Positions 38,631 to 49,137 are shown, numbered from the stretch's first letter. The stretch is DNA of 64,000 nt from an uncultured Verrucomicrobiae bacterium (GCA_963813025.1 CAWEXO010000009.1:1-64000), one strand, 5' to 3'. Notes: generated by a model from the letters alone, not told the origin. Translations and numbers: made by a program.

Positions 38631-39011
38631 TCTGAGAAAAGCTAAAGCTGGAAAGCGTCCTTAAGCGAATGCGCTCTCAAGCAAATATCGAAGCTGGGCC
38701 ATCCATCCCAGAAACGAATCATTGCAACGGGTTGTGCCAACCACTCCGTGAAATGAACCGTCGCCTCGCCGATGGTCATCGGATGAGGGAAGGCGCGTGA
38801 GCTCGTGCCGACCCGGACAAACCCAAATTACGGGCGCACACAGGCCGACAGTTTCGGGCCCGGCCAAAGTGGTGGTCGACTAGGTAGCCGAGGCCGTCCG
38901 CGCTACGTCGTAGGCCGCTAAGAGCGGCAACAAGTCGCACGCACTCAACGACGCTTCCTTGCCGAACTAGCCGAAAGGATGGCGAGGCCAGATTGCGAAA
39001 CTTATCGACTC

Positions 39012-39062
39012 CGCACTGGCACTGGCACTGGCACTGGCACTGGCACTGACACTTGCACTAGC
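39012..39062 (+). repeat. (GCACTG)n hexamer tract upstream of argH
   Basis: Six perfect GCACTG units, then ACACTTGCACTAGC. Confidence 0.9.
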
Positions 39063-39095
39063 GCCGGTCTCGGCGCGCGCTTACTTTCTGCCGCC

Positions 39096-40463
39096 ATGTG
39101 GAAAGGACGTTTCCAGGAAAACACGGCTCCCTTGGTTCAACAATTCACGGAGTCCGTGTCGTTCGATTGGCGGCTTTATCAAGCCGATATCCGGGGATCA
39201 ATTGCCCATGCCGCGGCCTTAGAGAAAGCCGGCTTGCTGACTCCGGCTGAGCGCACGGAAATCGAGAATGGGCTACGCCAGATCGAGCAGGAAATTGAGT
39301 CAGGACGATTCGCGTTCCGGCCCGAGCTGGAAGACATCCACATGAACATCGAGGCCGCTCTGACCGAACGGATCGGGCCGGCCGGGGCCAAGTTGCACAC
39401 GGCGCGAAGCCGAAACGACCAGGTAGCTCTTGATCTTCGGCTATATCTTCGGGACGAGCTGGCCGAGATCGGTGAAGCGCTGCACGCCCTACAGAAAGCG
39501 CTGGTCGCTTTGGCGGATCGTGATCAAGATGTGGTGCTGCCGGGTTATACTCATCTGCAACGAGCGCAACCAGTCTTGTTCGCCCACTATCTCCTGGCCT
39601 TTGTCGAAATGCTGGAGCGCGATGCCAACCGACTGGCTGACTGCCGACGTCGGCTCAATCAGATGCCTCTCGGTTCCGGAGCAATCGCTGGTTCGACGAT
39701 CGTGCTCGATCGTAACTTTATTGCGGAACAGCTCGGGTTTCCTGAAATAACGAGAAACAGCATGGATGCAGTGAGCGATCGCGATTTTGTCGCCGAAACG
39801 CTTTTCGTCCTGGCTTTGTGTGGGACGCATCTCTCCCGGTTGAGCGAGGATTTTATCCTCTACGTTTCTTCCGAGTTCGGGTTCCTCCGGATCAGCGACG
39901 CATATACGACCGGCTCAAGCTTGATGCCGCAAAAGAAAAATCCCGATGTATGCGAGCTGACCCGAGGAAAGACCGGTCGGTTGATCGGAAATCTCGTGAC
40001 GATTTTAACGCTTCTGAAAGGCATCCCAATGACTTACAACCGAGACTTGCAGGAGGATAAAGAGCCGCTGTTCGATTCGCTCGATCAGCTGAAGATGGTC
40101 TTGCGAGTCTTTACCGCGATGATTCCGGGGATCGAAGTCGATCGGGAGCGCACGCTCGGCGCGGCGAGCGATCCGATGTTGCTGGCGACTGATCTGGCGG
40201 ACTATCTGGTGCGCCGAGGGCTGCCTTTTCGACAGGCGCACGAAGCCGTTGGCAAGCTGGTTGCGTGTTCGGTGCGCGAAAACCGGCCCTTGAACAAACT
40301 GACTTTGGAGGAGTTCCGGGCTGCCAGTGACCGGTTTGATTCCGATGTGTTCGCGGTCCTCGATCTGGAGCGGTCGCTCAATAGCCGGACGGCCACCGGC
40401 GCGCCAGCCCAAAGAAATGTTGCGGCGGAATTGGAGGCGTGGAACGCGAAGCTTCGTGGATAA
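39096..40463 (+). CDS. argH: Argininosuccinate lyase
   Basis: MWKGRF, EDIHMNIE, HTARSRNDQ, GYTHLQRAQP, GSSLMPQKKNPD, YNRDLQEDK. Confidence 0.99.
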   Translation: MWKGRFQENTAPLVQQFTESVSFDWRLYQADIRGSIAHAAALEKAGLLTPAERTEIENGLRQIEQEIESGRFAFRPELEDIHMNIEAALTERIGPAGAKLHTARSRNDQVALDLRLYLRDELAEIGEALHALQKALVALADRDQDVVLPGYTHLQRAQPVLFAHYLLAFVEMLERDANRLADCRRRLNQMPLGSGAIAGSTIVLDRNFIAEQLGFPEITRNSMDAVSDRDFVAETLFVLALCGTHLSRLSEDFILYVSSEFGFLRISDAYTTGSSLMPQKKNPDVCELTRGKTGRLIGNLVTILTLLKGIPMTYNRDLQEDKEPLFDSLDQLKMVLRVFTAMIPGIEVDRERTLGAASDPMLLATDLADYLVRRGLPFRQAHEAVGKLVACSVRENRPLNKLTLEEFRAASDRFDSDVFAVLDLERSLNSRTATGAPAQRNVAAELEAWNAKLRG

Positions 40464-41034
40464 TCAATCCGAGTTTGCCGTCAAGGAGTCGACTCCGGTT
40501 TACACCAGCCCGCATCTCGAAGTTCGCGAGGAGCTGATAAAAATCCCGGGCAGCGAGGATTATCGGAAATGGACCACCGTCCGGCGGAAACACGCTGTCG
40601 TGATCGCGCCAATCACCGAGCAAGGCCGTTTTGTGCTGATCCATGAGGCCAGGATACCAGTACGCAAGTTTCTTTGGGAATTTCCCGCCGGGCAGGTCGA
40701 TCAGTCATTCGATCCCAGCGCCGAGATGCTTCTCGAAGTGGCGGCTCGCGAGTTAGCCGAAGAAACCGGCTATCAACTGGCGGATGATGGGCAACTTGTT
40801 TCTTTTGGCCATTTTTATTCGTCACAAGGATTCACCGACGAGACCCAGCATCTATTCGTGGCTCGGCCGATCCGGATCGCGAGCGGTTTCCCGGCGCCCG
40901 ATGAGGCCGAGGCAATCCATGAGGTGCGCGAGTTTACGCCGGTGGAGTTGCGTTCTATGATCGCTGGACAGATCGTCCAGGACGGCAACACGCTGGCGCT
41001 TTACGCCAGAATGGCCGCCCGAAACCTGGTCTGA
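40456..41034 (+). CDS. NUDIX hydrolase (ADP-ribose pyrophosphatase-like)
   Basis: WEFPAG..AARELAEETG, SSQGFTDE; the GTG start overlaps the argH stop. Confidence 0.9.
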   Translation: MDNQSEFAVKESTPVYTSPHLEVREELIKIPGSEDYRKWTTVRRKHAVVIAPITEQGRFVLIHEARIPVRKFLWEFPAGQVDQSFDPSAEMLLEVAARELAEETGYQLADDGQLVSFGHFYSSQGFTDETQHLFVARPIRIASGFPAPDEAEAIHEVREFTPVELRSMIAGQIVQDGNTLALYARMAARNLV

Positions 41035-41038
41035 TCCT

Positions 41039-41857
41039 ATGGCTTTTAAACTGTCGAACATATTCAAGTTTCGCGAGGGCGGCGATCGAGAAGCGACCAA
41101 GCCGTTTCTGGATCATCTTGAGGACCTACGATGGGTCATCGTTAAAATGGCGATGGCCCTTGGTGTGGCTATGATGCTGGCTTTCCTGGTTCGCCACCAT
41201 CTCGTGGCAATTTTGCAGTGGCCGCTGCAGAAACTTGATCCGAACCTCCTCAAGTCGCTGGTTTCCCTCGGAGTAGCTGATTCGCTCACGATCTCTTTCC
41301 AGCTCTCTTTTTATGCCGGGATCGTCCTCGCGTTTCCCTTCCTGATCTATTTCGCCGGAGAGTTCATTTTGCCCGCCCTTACTCCGCAAGAAAAGAAAGC
41401 GCTGCTGCCGGCAGCCGCCGTCGGTTTCGGTTTATTCCTGGCCGGCGTCGTTTTCGCCTATTTTTTCGTTTTGCCGCCCACCCTGAGATTCTTTTTCCAC
41501 GACGCCCAGCAGATGAATTGGTCGCCGACCTGGACCGTGCGCGATTATTTCTCTTTTACCACGCAGGCATGCGTCGGGTTTGGCGTAGCGTTTGAATTGC
41601 CGGTAGTGATCCTCGTTCTGATCCGGCTCGGGATTGTGTCGACCGCTCTTTTACGCCGTACCCGCGCTTATGCTTTTCTGCTTATCTTTATTGCCGCCGC
41701 GTTCCTCGCCCCAACGCCGGACGCCGTCTCGATGGCGATGATTGGTACCCCGATGTACATCCTGTTCGAGCTTTGCATTGTGATTGGCGGGTTTATGGAG
41801 AAGAAACGCCGGCGCGAAGAAGAAGCCGCTCTGAGCGCCAAAGGCGCCGGCACATAA
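41039..41857 (+). CDS. tatC: Twin-arginine translocase TatC
   Basis: FLDHLEDLR, FILPALTPQEK, GFGVAFELPV, APTPD. Confidence 0.95.
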   Translation: MAFKLSNIFKFREGGDREATKPFLDHLEDLRWVIVKMAMALGVAMMLAFLVRHHLVAILQWPLQKLDPNLLKSLVSLGVADSLTISFQLSFYAGIVLAFPFLIYFAGEFILPALTPQEKKALLPAAAVGFGLFLAGVVFAYFFVLPPTLRFFFHDAQQMNWSPTWTVRDYFSFTTQACVGFGVAFELPVVILVLIRLGIVSTALLRRTRAYAFLLIFIAAAFLAPTPDAVSMAMIGTPMYILFELCIVIGGFMEKKRRREEEAALSAKGAGT

Positions 41858-41861
41858 AGCG

Positions 41862-42551
41862 TCACCAGATTCCGGGTATCAGCCTGTACCGGACCCGTTC
41901 CGCGTAGCGATCGTAGCCTTCGAGCCGAGCGTGCAATTCTCGGTCTTCGAGTGCTGTTCGCAGCACGAAGAGACCGTCCAGAGCAAGGCTCGCCAGTAAG
42001 CCCCACCACGAGCCCAGCAAAAGGGACGTGCCGGCCAGAAAGGCGATCGCCGAGGAATACATTGGGTGCCGCACTACCGCATAGGGACCGGTAGAAATCA
42101 CTCGATGGCCACGCCCACTCTGGATTTTCACGACTGGCGCCGCGAAGCTGTTTTCCCGAAGCACGAGATATTGGACCCAGATCGCAAGAAGAAGAAGGGC
42201 CGCGCCCCCAGTTTGGAGCCAGCGGGGCATAACCGACCACCGGAACCGAACCGCATCGACTCCCATCAGCGCCAGCCAGAGAACGAAAGCGGTCAACAGG
42301 ATAAATAGAACTATCTTATCCCAGCCTGGTTGATCCTTTTGCAGCAACGGCTTTAGTCGTTCCTTAACCAACGCTGGATCGCGCCGGACCAGATCAGCGG
42401 TGGCCCAGATTCCTGAGCCGAACGTCAGGATCAAAAAGACCCAGCCGCTTGGCCACGCCAGCGTTCCCGCTGCGCCGAACAGAATCGCGGCAAACACCAG
42501 AACTTCGATCGCTATAATAATCCAAACTCTCACGTGAACAGTTGGACACAC
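41862..42551 (-). CDS. Isoprenylcysteine carboxylmethyltransferase-family membrane protein
   Basis: RENSFAAPVVKIQ..HRVISTGPYAVVRHPMY, LEDREL..L.GY..Y..RVRYRLIP; start uncertain. Confidence 0.92.
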   Translation of the reverse strand: MCPTVHVRVWIIIAIEVLVFAAILFGAAGTLAWPSGWVFLILTFGSGIWATADLVRRDPALVKERLKPLLQKDQPGWDKIVLFILLTAFVLWLALMGVDAVRFRWSVMPRWLQTGGAALLLLAIWVQYLVLRENSFAAPVVKIQSGRGHRVISTGPYAVVRHPMYSSAIAFLAGTSLLLGSWWGLLASLALDGLFVLRTALEDRELHARLEGYDRYAERVRYRLIPGIW

Positions 42552-42604
42552 AGGTTGACACAGCCCGGAGCAGGGGCAACAAGGATGCTCGCCACGCTGG
42601 TTGT

Positions 42605-42735
42605 GTAGCGCGCCCGGCCTTGGGTCTGTCGGACTTTGACTTCTTTAGTCCCGAAGGGACGGGAGGACTCAGCCCGCGGGTTTTTAACCCCGGGTAAACC
42701 GTTCAGTACGAAAACGCCCTGAAGGGGCGGGAGGC
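42605..42735. repeat. Cluster of REP-like palindromes
   Basis: GTAGCGCGCCCGGCCTTG (42605-42622), GTCCCgaaGGGAC, CCCGCGGGTT-ttt-AACCCCGGG, CGCCCtgaagGGGCG. Confidence 0.65.
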
Positions 42736-42931
42736 TTGTCGCGTGATCGGAGCGAGCCTGGCCCTCCGATTTGCGCTCCGGCGTTTTCCCGACAACCGCT
42801 TGATCTTCATCGACGCAAGAGACCTGCCAGCTAGCGCCGGTTCGGACGATTTTCCAAATGTCAGTGCGTGCCGAATCAAGCTGGTGGTGAAACCAATCTT
42901 GCTTCGTCGCTCTTGCAAAGGATCTCAGCTT

Positions 42932-45076
42932 ATGCTTTTCGATTGCATGCTTTTTCGTCTGACACCCACTACCTTCAGGCTGGTAGCCGGCCTATTTGTC
43001 TTCTTTAGCGCCAGCTTCACGAAAGCCGACGAGGGCATGTGGCTTTTTAACGCGCCACCGACAAAGGTGCTGCAGGACAAATATCACTTTACTCCCACCC
43101 CCGAATGGTTGGCACACCTTCAGAGAAGCTCGGTCCGCTTCAGTGACGGTGGCAGTGGCTCGTTTGTTTCACAGGATGGGTTGGTTATCACGAATCAGCA
43201 CGTCGGATCGGACGATCTCCAGAAGTTCAGCGACGCGACTCATAATTATATCCGGGATGGCTTTTTGGCGACCTCGCGCAGCGAAGAGAAACGCTGCTTT
43301 GATCTGGAACTCAATGTCCTGGAGTCGATCGAAGACGTTACCGCAAAGGTTAATGGAGCGATTAAACCGGGAATGACTCCCGAGCAAGCTTACCTTGCTC
43401 GCCGAAGCGTCATTGCCGAAATCGAGAAGAAATCGCAGGAACAAACTCGTCTGCGGAGCGACGTAGCTACGCTCTACGAGGGCGGGAGTTACCAGTTGTA
43501 CCAGTACAAAAGGTACACCGATGTGCGATTGGTTTTTGCTCCCGAGCAGCAGGCGGCCAATTATGGCGGTGATCCGGACAATTTCGAATATCCGCGTTAC
43601 GACCTGGATATCTGCTTTTTCCGAGTCTACGAAAATGGTCAACCGGTTCATGTCGACGACTATTTGAAAGTCAGCGCCACCGGTCCATCTGACGGCGACC
43701 TTATTTTTGTTAGCGGCCATCCGGGGAAGACGGACCGGCAGATCACGCTGGCACAGTTGACGGACACACGGGACCGTGTGCTACCCTATCTATTAAATAA
43801 AATGTATCGTCGGGAAGTGTTGCTGTCGGTCTTCGGTGAACGCTCATTGGAGAACTCGCGGCGAATCCGTGAAGATCTTTTTTTTGTCAAAAATAGCCGG
43901 AAGTTCTTGGATGGCGCGACGAGCGGACTTCTTGATCCGTTATTCTTCACCCAGCTTGAGGAGCAGCGCACAAGGCAGCGTACAGAGCTTGCGAAAGAAC
44001 CTCGTTTTCAACCTGCCGCAGAGGCCGAAGACCGCATTGCCGCAGCGCAGCGTGTCATTGCTGACAATGACAAGGATTTTAATCTCTATGAGAAGGGTCA
44101 CGGATTTACGAAGAAAGCCGACGCATTTGATAGCGACTTATTTTGGATTGCGCGAACGCTGGTGCGAGCGGCGGCCGAGCGTCCCAAACCGAACGGCGAA
44201 CGTCTGCCGGAATTTCAGGACTCCGCGCGTACTTCGTTGGAATTGGCGCTCTTTTCGGAAGCCCCGATTTACGATGACGTGGAAGCGCTTACCCTGGGCA
44301 GCTCGCTCATGAATTTCGCCGAGCAGCTCGGAGCGAGCGATCCGCGGGTCCAGTCGATGCTTGCCGGGAAAGCCCCGGACGAACGGGCATTTGAGCTCGT
44401 TGCCGGCACTAAACTCAAGGACGTCAATGTCCGGCGGCAGCTCTATGCGGACGGCGCCAGTGCGCTTCAGTCCTGTTCGGATCCGATGATTCAATTGGCC
44501 GAGCAGGTTGATGCTCCCGCGCGGGCAGTCCGAAAGACGATCGAGGAGCAAACTGAGATCCAGCAACAGGCTTACCAGGTAATTGGCCAGGCGCGTTTCG
44601 CTCTCCATGGTACCAACGACTATCCTGATGCGACTTTTACTTTGCGGCTCGCCTTCGGACAGGTCGCAGGTTACCAGGAGCAGGGCAAAACGATTCCCGC
44701 GTTGACAAATTTTGGCGGCCTTTACCAGCGCGCCGCGGAACACAAAAATCTCCCTCCATTTGACTTATCGGCGCGCTGGATCGAGCGCCGGTCCCAGTTG
44801 GATCCGACCACGCCTTTGAATTTTGTGAGTACGGCCGACATAACTGGTGGAAACAGTGGCAGTCCGGTAGTCAATCGCGCGGGTGAGTTTGTCGGCATAA
44901 TCTTCGATGGAAACCTGCAATCCTTGCGCTGGGATTATTCCTTTGATTCTCGTCAGGGCCGCGCCGTTGCGGTCGATTCGCGGGCCATCCTTGAGGCGCT
45001 CGAAAAAGTGTACGACGCGAACTCACTGGTCAGCGAGCTCACCTCGGGCAAGCAAGGGTTGCGCGCGAGTAATTAA
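42932..45076 (+). CDS. S46 family dipeptidyl peptidase
   Basis: Signal peptide then ADEGMW; GSGSFVS, TNQH, GGDPDNFEYPR, YPDATFTLRL, DITGGNSGSPV, FDGN. Confidence 0.95.
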   Translation: MLFDCMLFRLTPTTFRLVAGLFVFFSASFTKADEGMWLFNAPPTKVLQDKYHFTPTPEWLAHLQRSSVRFSDGGSGSFVSQDGLVITNQHVGSDDLQKFSDATHNYIRDGFLATSRSEEKRCFDLELNVLESIEDVTAKVNGAIKPGMTPEQAYLARRSVIAEIEKKSQEQTRLRSDVATLYEGGSYQLYQYKRYTDVRLVFAPEQQAANYGGDPDNFEYPRYDLDICFFRVYENGQPVHVDDYLKVSATGPSDGDLIFVSGHPGKTDRQITLAQLTDTRDRVLPYLLNKMYRREVLLSVFGERSLENSRRIREDLFFVKNSRKFLDGATSGLLDPLFFTQLEEQRTRQRTELAKEPRFQPAAEAEDRIAAAQRVIADNDKDFNLYEKGHGFTKKADAFDSDLFWIARTLVRAAAERPKPNGERLPEFQDSARTSLELALFSEAPIYDDVEALTLGSSLMNFAEQLGASDPRVQSMLAGKAPDERAFELVAGTKLKDVNVRRQLYADGASALQSCSDPMIQLAEQVDAPARAVRKTIEEQTEIQQQAYQVIGQARFALHGTNDYPDATFTLRLAFGQVAGYQEQGKTIPALTNFGGLYQRAAEHKNLPPFDLSARWIERRSQLDPTTPLNFVSTADITGGNSGSPVVNRAGEFVGIIFDGNLQSLRWDYSFDSRQGRAVAVDSRAILEALEKVYDANSLVSELTSGKQGLRASN

Positions 45077-45103
45077 CTAGCGAGGCCGCGCCTCAGACCA
45101 ACG

Positions 45104-45439
45104 GTGGATTCGGCCGAGCATTTTCATCACAACGTCTATGTGATCGAGCTCAGTCGCCGGGTGTTGCAGCATCCCTCGATTCTCCAGCTCAACCCGAAAC
45201 GTGATCCCAAAAAACCGTGTGTTTACGTTGGTTTGACCGGGCTCCCGGTGGCGCACCGTTTTGAGAATCACAAAAACGGCTACAAGGCGGCTTGGGTAGT
45301 CGAAAAATACGGTGTTCGGCTGCTGCCGGAACTTTACGAATATCTGAACCCAATGCCTTACGAGGCGGCGGTTCAGATGGAAAAAGATCTCGCCGAGGAC
45401 CTTCGGGAACAAGGTTACACAGTCACCGGCGGAACCTGA
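45104..45439 (+). CDS. Small GIY-YIG-like protein
   Basis: NVYVIEL ... CVYVGLTG ... RFENH ... E in a C-terminal helix. Confidence 0.7.
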   Translation: MDSAEHFHHNVYVIELSRRVLQHPSILQLNPKRDPKKPCVYVGLTGLPVAHRFENHKNGYKAAWVVEKYGVRLLPELYEYLNPMPYEAAVQMEKDLAEDLREQGYTVTGGT

Positions 45440-45466
45440 GCGCTTAAGCGGTTGTAATCTCTAGCA

Positions 45467-45572
45467 GTAGCGCCGACGGTCCCGTCGGTACTCCGGTGCG
45501 GGCCGACAGCCTGGGGTGAAGCGCATGGCCTCGTCGCGCCTCCTAGATTACCGACGAGGCCGTCGGCGCTAC
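45467..45572. repeat. GTAG-type REP doublet (REPIN-like)
   Basis: GTAGCGCCGACGGTCCCGTCGGTA and an inverted copy at 45549-45572 (22/24); each arm is itself palindromic. Confidence 0.85.
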
Positions 45573-45656
45573 GGCCCTGGCCACCTAACGCGCTTATCGA
45601 GCTTCGAGATGCGCGTAGCGCGATGCTCACCCGCGAACTCCAGGCGTTAAAATTCC

Positions 45657-46301
45657 ATGCGGACCTCGAAACAAATGGTCGATCAGGAACTCTACCAGAC
45701 GCCTCGCATTCCGAACACAACCGATCTGGTTGACTTAAAGAAGGCGGCGCGCACCTGCCTGGCTTGTCCATTTGCCAAGAATGCGACTCAGACCGTCTTT
45801 GGCGAAGGCCCTGCTGATTCAACAGTGGTGCTTTTGGGTGAACAACCCGGTGATCAGGAGGATCGCGATGGACAGCCTTTTGTCGGACCTGCGGGAATGG
45901 TGCTCGACCGAGCGTTAGCGACGGCGGGTGTTGATCGTGCGAAATGCTACGTCACCAATGCGGTCAAGCATTTTAAGTGGGAGCCACGCGGTAAACGCCG
46001 GATTCACCAGAAGCCGACGGCGCGGGATATCGAGCAATGCCGTGGCTGGTTCGAGGCAGAGTTACGAGCGCTGAAGCCAAAAGTGCTCGTCTGTCTTGGA
46101 GCGACGGCGACGACGGCGGTGTTCGGGAAAACTATCCGAGTGATGAAAGACCGTGGACGATGGATTGCTTCGCGTTACGCCGAGCAGACGCTGGTGACCG
46201 TGCATCCGTCCTCAATTCTTCGCGCGCCGGACGAGGCCCAGCAGGAGAAAGCCTTCGATGGTTTTGTAGCAGATCTCCGACTCATTGCTGAAGTGGATTA
46301 A
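45657..46301 (+). CDS. udgX: UdgX-family uracil-DNA binding protein
   Basis: CLAC, GEQPG, TNAVKHFKW, KRRIHQKP R-loop, HPS. Confidence 0.92.
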   Translation: MRTSKQMVDQELYQTPRIPNTTDLVDLKKAARTCLACPFAKNATQTVFGEGPADSTVVLLGEQPGDQEDRDGQPFVGPAGMVLDRALATAGVDRAKCYVTNAVKHFKWEPRGKRRIHQKPTARDIEQCRGWFEAELRALKPKVLVCLGATATTAVFGKTIRVMKDRGRWIASRYAEQTLVTVHPSSILRAPDEAQQEKAFDGFVADLRLIAEVD

Positions 46302-46331
46302 GCCGATGGCCGATGGCCGATGACCGATGTC
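46302..46331 (+). repeat. Heptamer tandem (CCGATGG/CCGATGA)
   Basis: GCCGATGGCCGATGGCCGATGACCGATGTC. Confidence 0.85.
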
Positions 46332-46356
46332 CTGAACCACTCACTGATTCCTTAGC

Positions 46357-47139
46357 TTACGGCAGCCCCCACGCTTTTCGACGTTTGGCAAGCTCCGGCT
46401 CGGGCAATTGCACGAGCAACGGTTGAGCTCTCGGATCGAGCCAGCGCAAGAGATGTTCCAGGTCGCCTTCACCCAAGGCGGTGCACCCGGTCGTGCCCCC
46501 ATGTGGGCCGGCCCAGACGTGAAGGAAAATGCAGGAACCTCGTGCGGGAATTTGCTGCCAGTTATGTTCCACCATCAATCCCCAATGATATTGTCCGCCA
46601 ACCCGAGCCATTCCCTCCGAATGAGACCAATCGGGCCGGTCAACGGTAGCTCGATCCACGATCCGGTTGTAGAACCGTGAACCTGGATCATCAACGGCCT
46701 CGGTGGTTGGAGTGACCTGTCGATAAGCTAGCCGGAGAAACCTGACTGCGCTTGGAGCCGCTTTGCCGAAGATTTCCGAAAACCGGAAAACACCGGCTGG
46801 AGACCGGCCATCGCCCTCCGTCTTTTGCGGCTGCCCGGAAACACCCGTTCCGTGAAGGCCGATTCCCCAGCCGAGCCCGTGCCAGCCAATAACAGCCGGC
46901 ATAGCGCCAGAACTCACTTGCCAGGAGCCGGACGATGGCCGCTCAAATAACTGAACGGTGGCATTCAGATCTCGCCAGGAGCGCGTTTTCACGAGGACCA
47001 GTTGTCGAGCTGAGCGCAGTTGGGGGACGATGTTGCTCACGTTCGCATTCGTCGGGGTAGGGACCATTGCTAGTGCTAGTGCTAGTGCCAGTGTCAGTTC
47101 ATTTAGGGAGCGCAGCAGGACTAGTACCGGCACTGTCAT
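46357..47139 (-). CDS. L,D-transpeptidase-family protein
   Basis: KTEGDGRSPAGVF, DDPGSRFYN, GSCIFLHVW..TTGC; start at 47139 or 47067. Confidence 0.9.
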   Translation of the reverse strand: MTVPVLVLLRSLNELTLALALALAMVPTPTNANVSNIVPQLRSARQLVLVKTRSWRDLNATVQLFERPSSGSWQVSSGAMPAVIGWHGLGWGIGLHGTGVSGQPQKTEGDGRSPAGVFRFSEIFGKAAPSAVRFLRLAYRQVTPTTEAVDDPGSRFYNRIVDRATVDRPDWSHSEGMARVGGQYHWGLMVEHNWQQIPARGSCIFLHVWAGPHGGTTGCTALGEGDLEHLLRWLDPRAQPLLVQLPEPELAKRRKAWGLP

Positions 47140-47192
47140 CCCGTTTACAGACGCGATTTTTCTGCCTACCTTACGCGCTCGACTCATCCCGA

Positions 47193-48557
47193 ATGGCCAA
47201 GATTTACCTGAAAACGTACGGTTGCCAGATGAATGAGCGCGATTCTGAGCAAGTCGCGCGCTCATTGGTGGCTCGGGGGCACGTTCTCACCAAGGACGAA
47301 ACGGAGGCCGAGGTTGTGCTGCTGAACACCTGCAGCGTGCGGGACCTTGCTGAGCAAAAGGCTCTCGGAAAAATGGGTATGCTTGGCGCACTGTCGCGCC
47401 GGAGATCGGTCGTTTACGGTTTTCTCGGTTGCATGGCGCAAAGCCGGGGCGCTTCCCTTTTCCAGGATACCCCACATCTGGATCTGGTCGTCGGTACCCA
47501 GAAATTTCATCGGGTTGCTGAATATGTCGAAGAAGCGCTCGCCCGGAAAGCGGCGGGACTGATGGACGATGTCCGCTGCTCGATTGTTGATATTGCCGAA
47601 GAGCGCGATTCCCAAAGCACCATTCGTGAACATCTCCTGGTTGATCGCCAGGTCACCGCCTTTGTTTCCATCATGCAGGGCTGCAACATGCGCTGCACTT
47701 TTTGCATCGTCCCGTCGACCCGCGGCGAGGAACGAGCGCGCTCGATCGGCGACGTGGTGACAGAGATCAAGGAACTGGTCGATCGCGGAGTTCGCGAAGT
47801 GACTTTGCTCGGCCAGATCGTGAATCTCTATGCTCGGCACGAACTCCCGCGATTGCAGGGAAAAAGCCCCTTCGTGCAACTGCTCGAGGCCATCCAGGAA
47901 ATTGACGGAATCGAGAGGATTCGGTTTACTTCGCCTCACCCGATCGGCTTTAAGAGCGAACTCATTGAGGCTTTCACCCGGCTGTCTAAGTTGGTAGAGC
48001 ACATTCATCTGCCGTTGCAGTCCGGTTCTGACCGGATCCTCAAGGCTATGCGACGCACGTACACGGCGGCAAAGTATCTCGAGCTAGTCGATCGGATACG
48101 GTTCGCCGCTCCGCGGATGGCAATCACGACCGATCTGATCGTCGGGTTTCCCGGCGAAACAGAAAGCGACTACGAAGCGACCCGCACGATCGTCGATCAG
48201 GTAGGGTTTGATAACGCTTTTGTTTTTAAATACTCGAAACGCAAAGACACGCCGGCGGCGCTTATGCCCGATCAGGTCCCCGAAAACGTGAAAGAAGCGC
48301 GGAATCATGATCTGCTGGACCTGGTGAATACCTGGGCCAAGCGTCGCGCCCAGCGGTTCGTCGGGCAAACCGTTGAGATCTTGTGTGAAGGCCCCAGCAA
48401 AACAAACCCGCATCGGTTGACGGGTCGAACGCGTGGAAACAAGGTCGTCGTGTTTGCGGGGCTGCCGGAACACGTCGGAGAACTGGTCCAGGTCCATATC
48501 ACTGAATCAACCGGATACGCCCTCTATGGACAGCCCGTGTCGCTGTCCGCCCCTTGA
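47193..48557 (+). CDS. miaB: tRNA methylthiotransferase MiaB
   Basis: KTYGCQMNERDSE, NTCSVR, GCMAQ, GCNMRCTFCIVP, RFTSPHP, TRAM domain. Confidence 0.98.
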   Translation: MAKIYLKTYGCQMNERDSEQVARSLVARGHVLTKDETEAEVVLLNTCSVRDLAEQKALGKMGMLGALSRRRSVVYGFLGCMAQSRGASLFQDTPHLDLVVGTQKFHRVAEYVEEALARKAAGLMDDVRCSIVDIAEERDSQSTIREHLLVDRQVTAFVSIMQGCNMRCTFCIVPSTRGEERARSIGDVVTEIKELVDRGVREVTLLGQIVNLYARHELPRLQGKSPFVQLLEAIQEIDGIERIRFTSPHPIGFKSELIEAFTRLSKLVEHIHLPLQSGSDRILKAMRRTYTAAKYLELVDRIRFAAPRMAITTDLIVGFPGETESDYEATRTIVDQVGFDNAFVFKYSKRKDTPAALMPDQVPENVKEARNHDLLDLVNTWAKRRAQRFVGQTVEILCEGPSKTNPHRLTGRTRGNKVVVFAGLPEHVGELVQVHITESTGYALYGQPVSLSAP

Positions 48558-48561
48558 ACGC

Positions 48562-49137
48562 ATGGAATATCCGCCTCGTATCTATCATTTCAGTTTGCAG
48601 GCAGTCGGCTTGGTCGTCGGCCTTTTCCTGATCGCAACCCATCTGTATGGCTTGCTGCAGCCAAAAGCGACCCAACGCTGGTTGCTCAGTGTGCCGCGCT
48701 CAGCGACTTTTGGCCGTGTGTTGTTCGCCGTCGATGCGGTCTGGTGTTTTTGGCTGGCTTCGACCATGGACCTCGGAGAGTTCGCCGCATTCCGGAGCTG
48801 GATCTTGATTGCCATCCCGGCGCTGGCCGTGATGACGCTGCTGTTTGTTGACGAATTTCTTTCGGCTCGAGCCCTGGGCATCTTTGCTTTACTGGTTGCC
48901 GAGCCGATTCTCTCGGCGGCCTTCTTAAAACCACAGCTGGCCCGGCTTCTCTTGGTCATTCTGGCTTATTGCTGGCTCACGATCGGAATGTTCTGGGTCG
49001 GAAAGCCCTATTTGTTGCGCGACCAGATCACCTGGGTTACCCGAAGCGCGCTCCGCTGGCGAGTGCTTGCGCTTGGCGGCGTCCTCTACGGCGCGGTGGT
49101 GCTCGTCTGTGCGTTCACGGTTTTTAGCCAGGGGTAG
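48562..49137 (+). CDS. Hypothetical polytopic membrane protein
   Basis: About 6 TM helices; starts 4 nt after miaB. Confidence 0.85.
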   Translation: MEYPPRIYHFSLQAVGLVVGLFLIATHLYGLLQPKATQRWLLSVPRSATFGRVLFAVDAVWCFWLASTMDLGEFAAFRSWILIAIPALAVMTLLFVDEFLSARALGIFALLVAEPILSAAFLKPQLARLLLVILAYCWLTIGMFWVGKPYLLRDQITWVTRSALRWRVLALGGVLYGAVVLVCAFTVFSQG

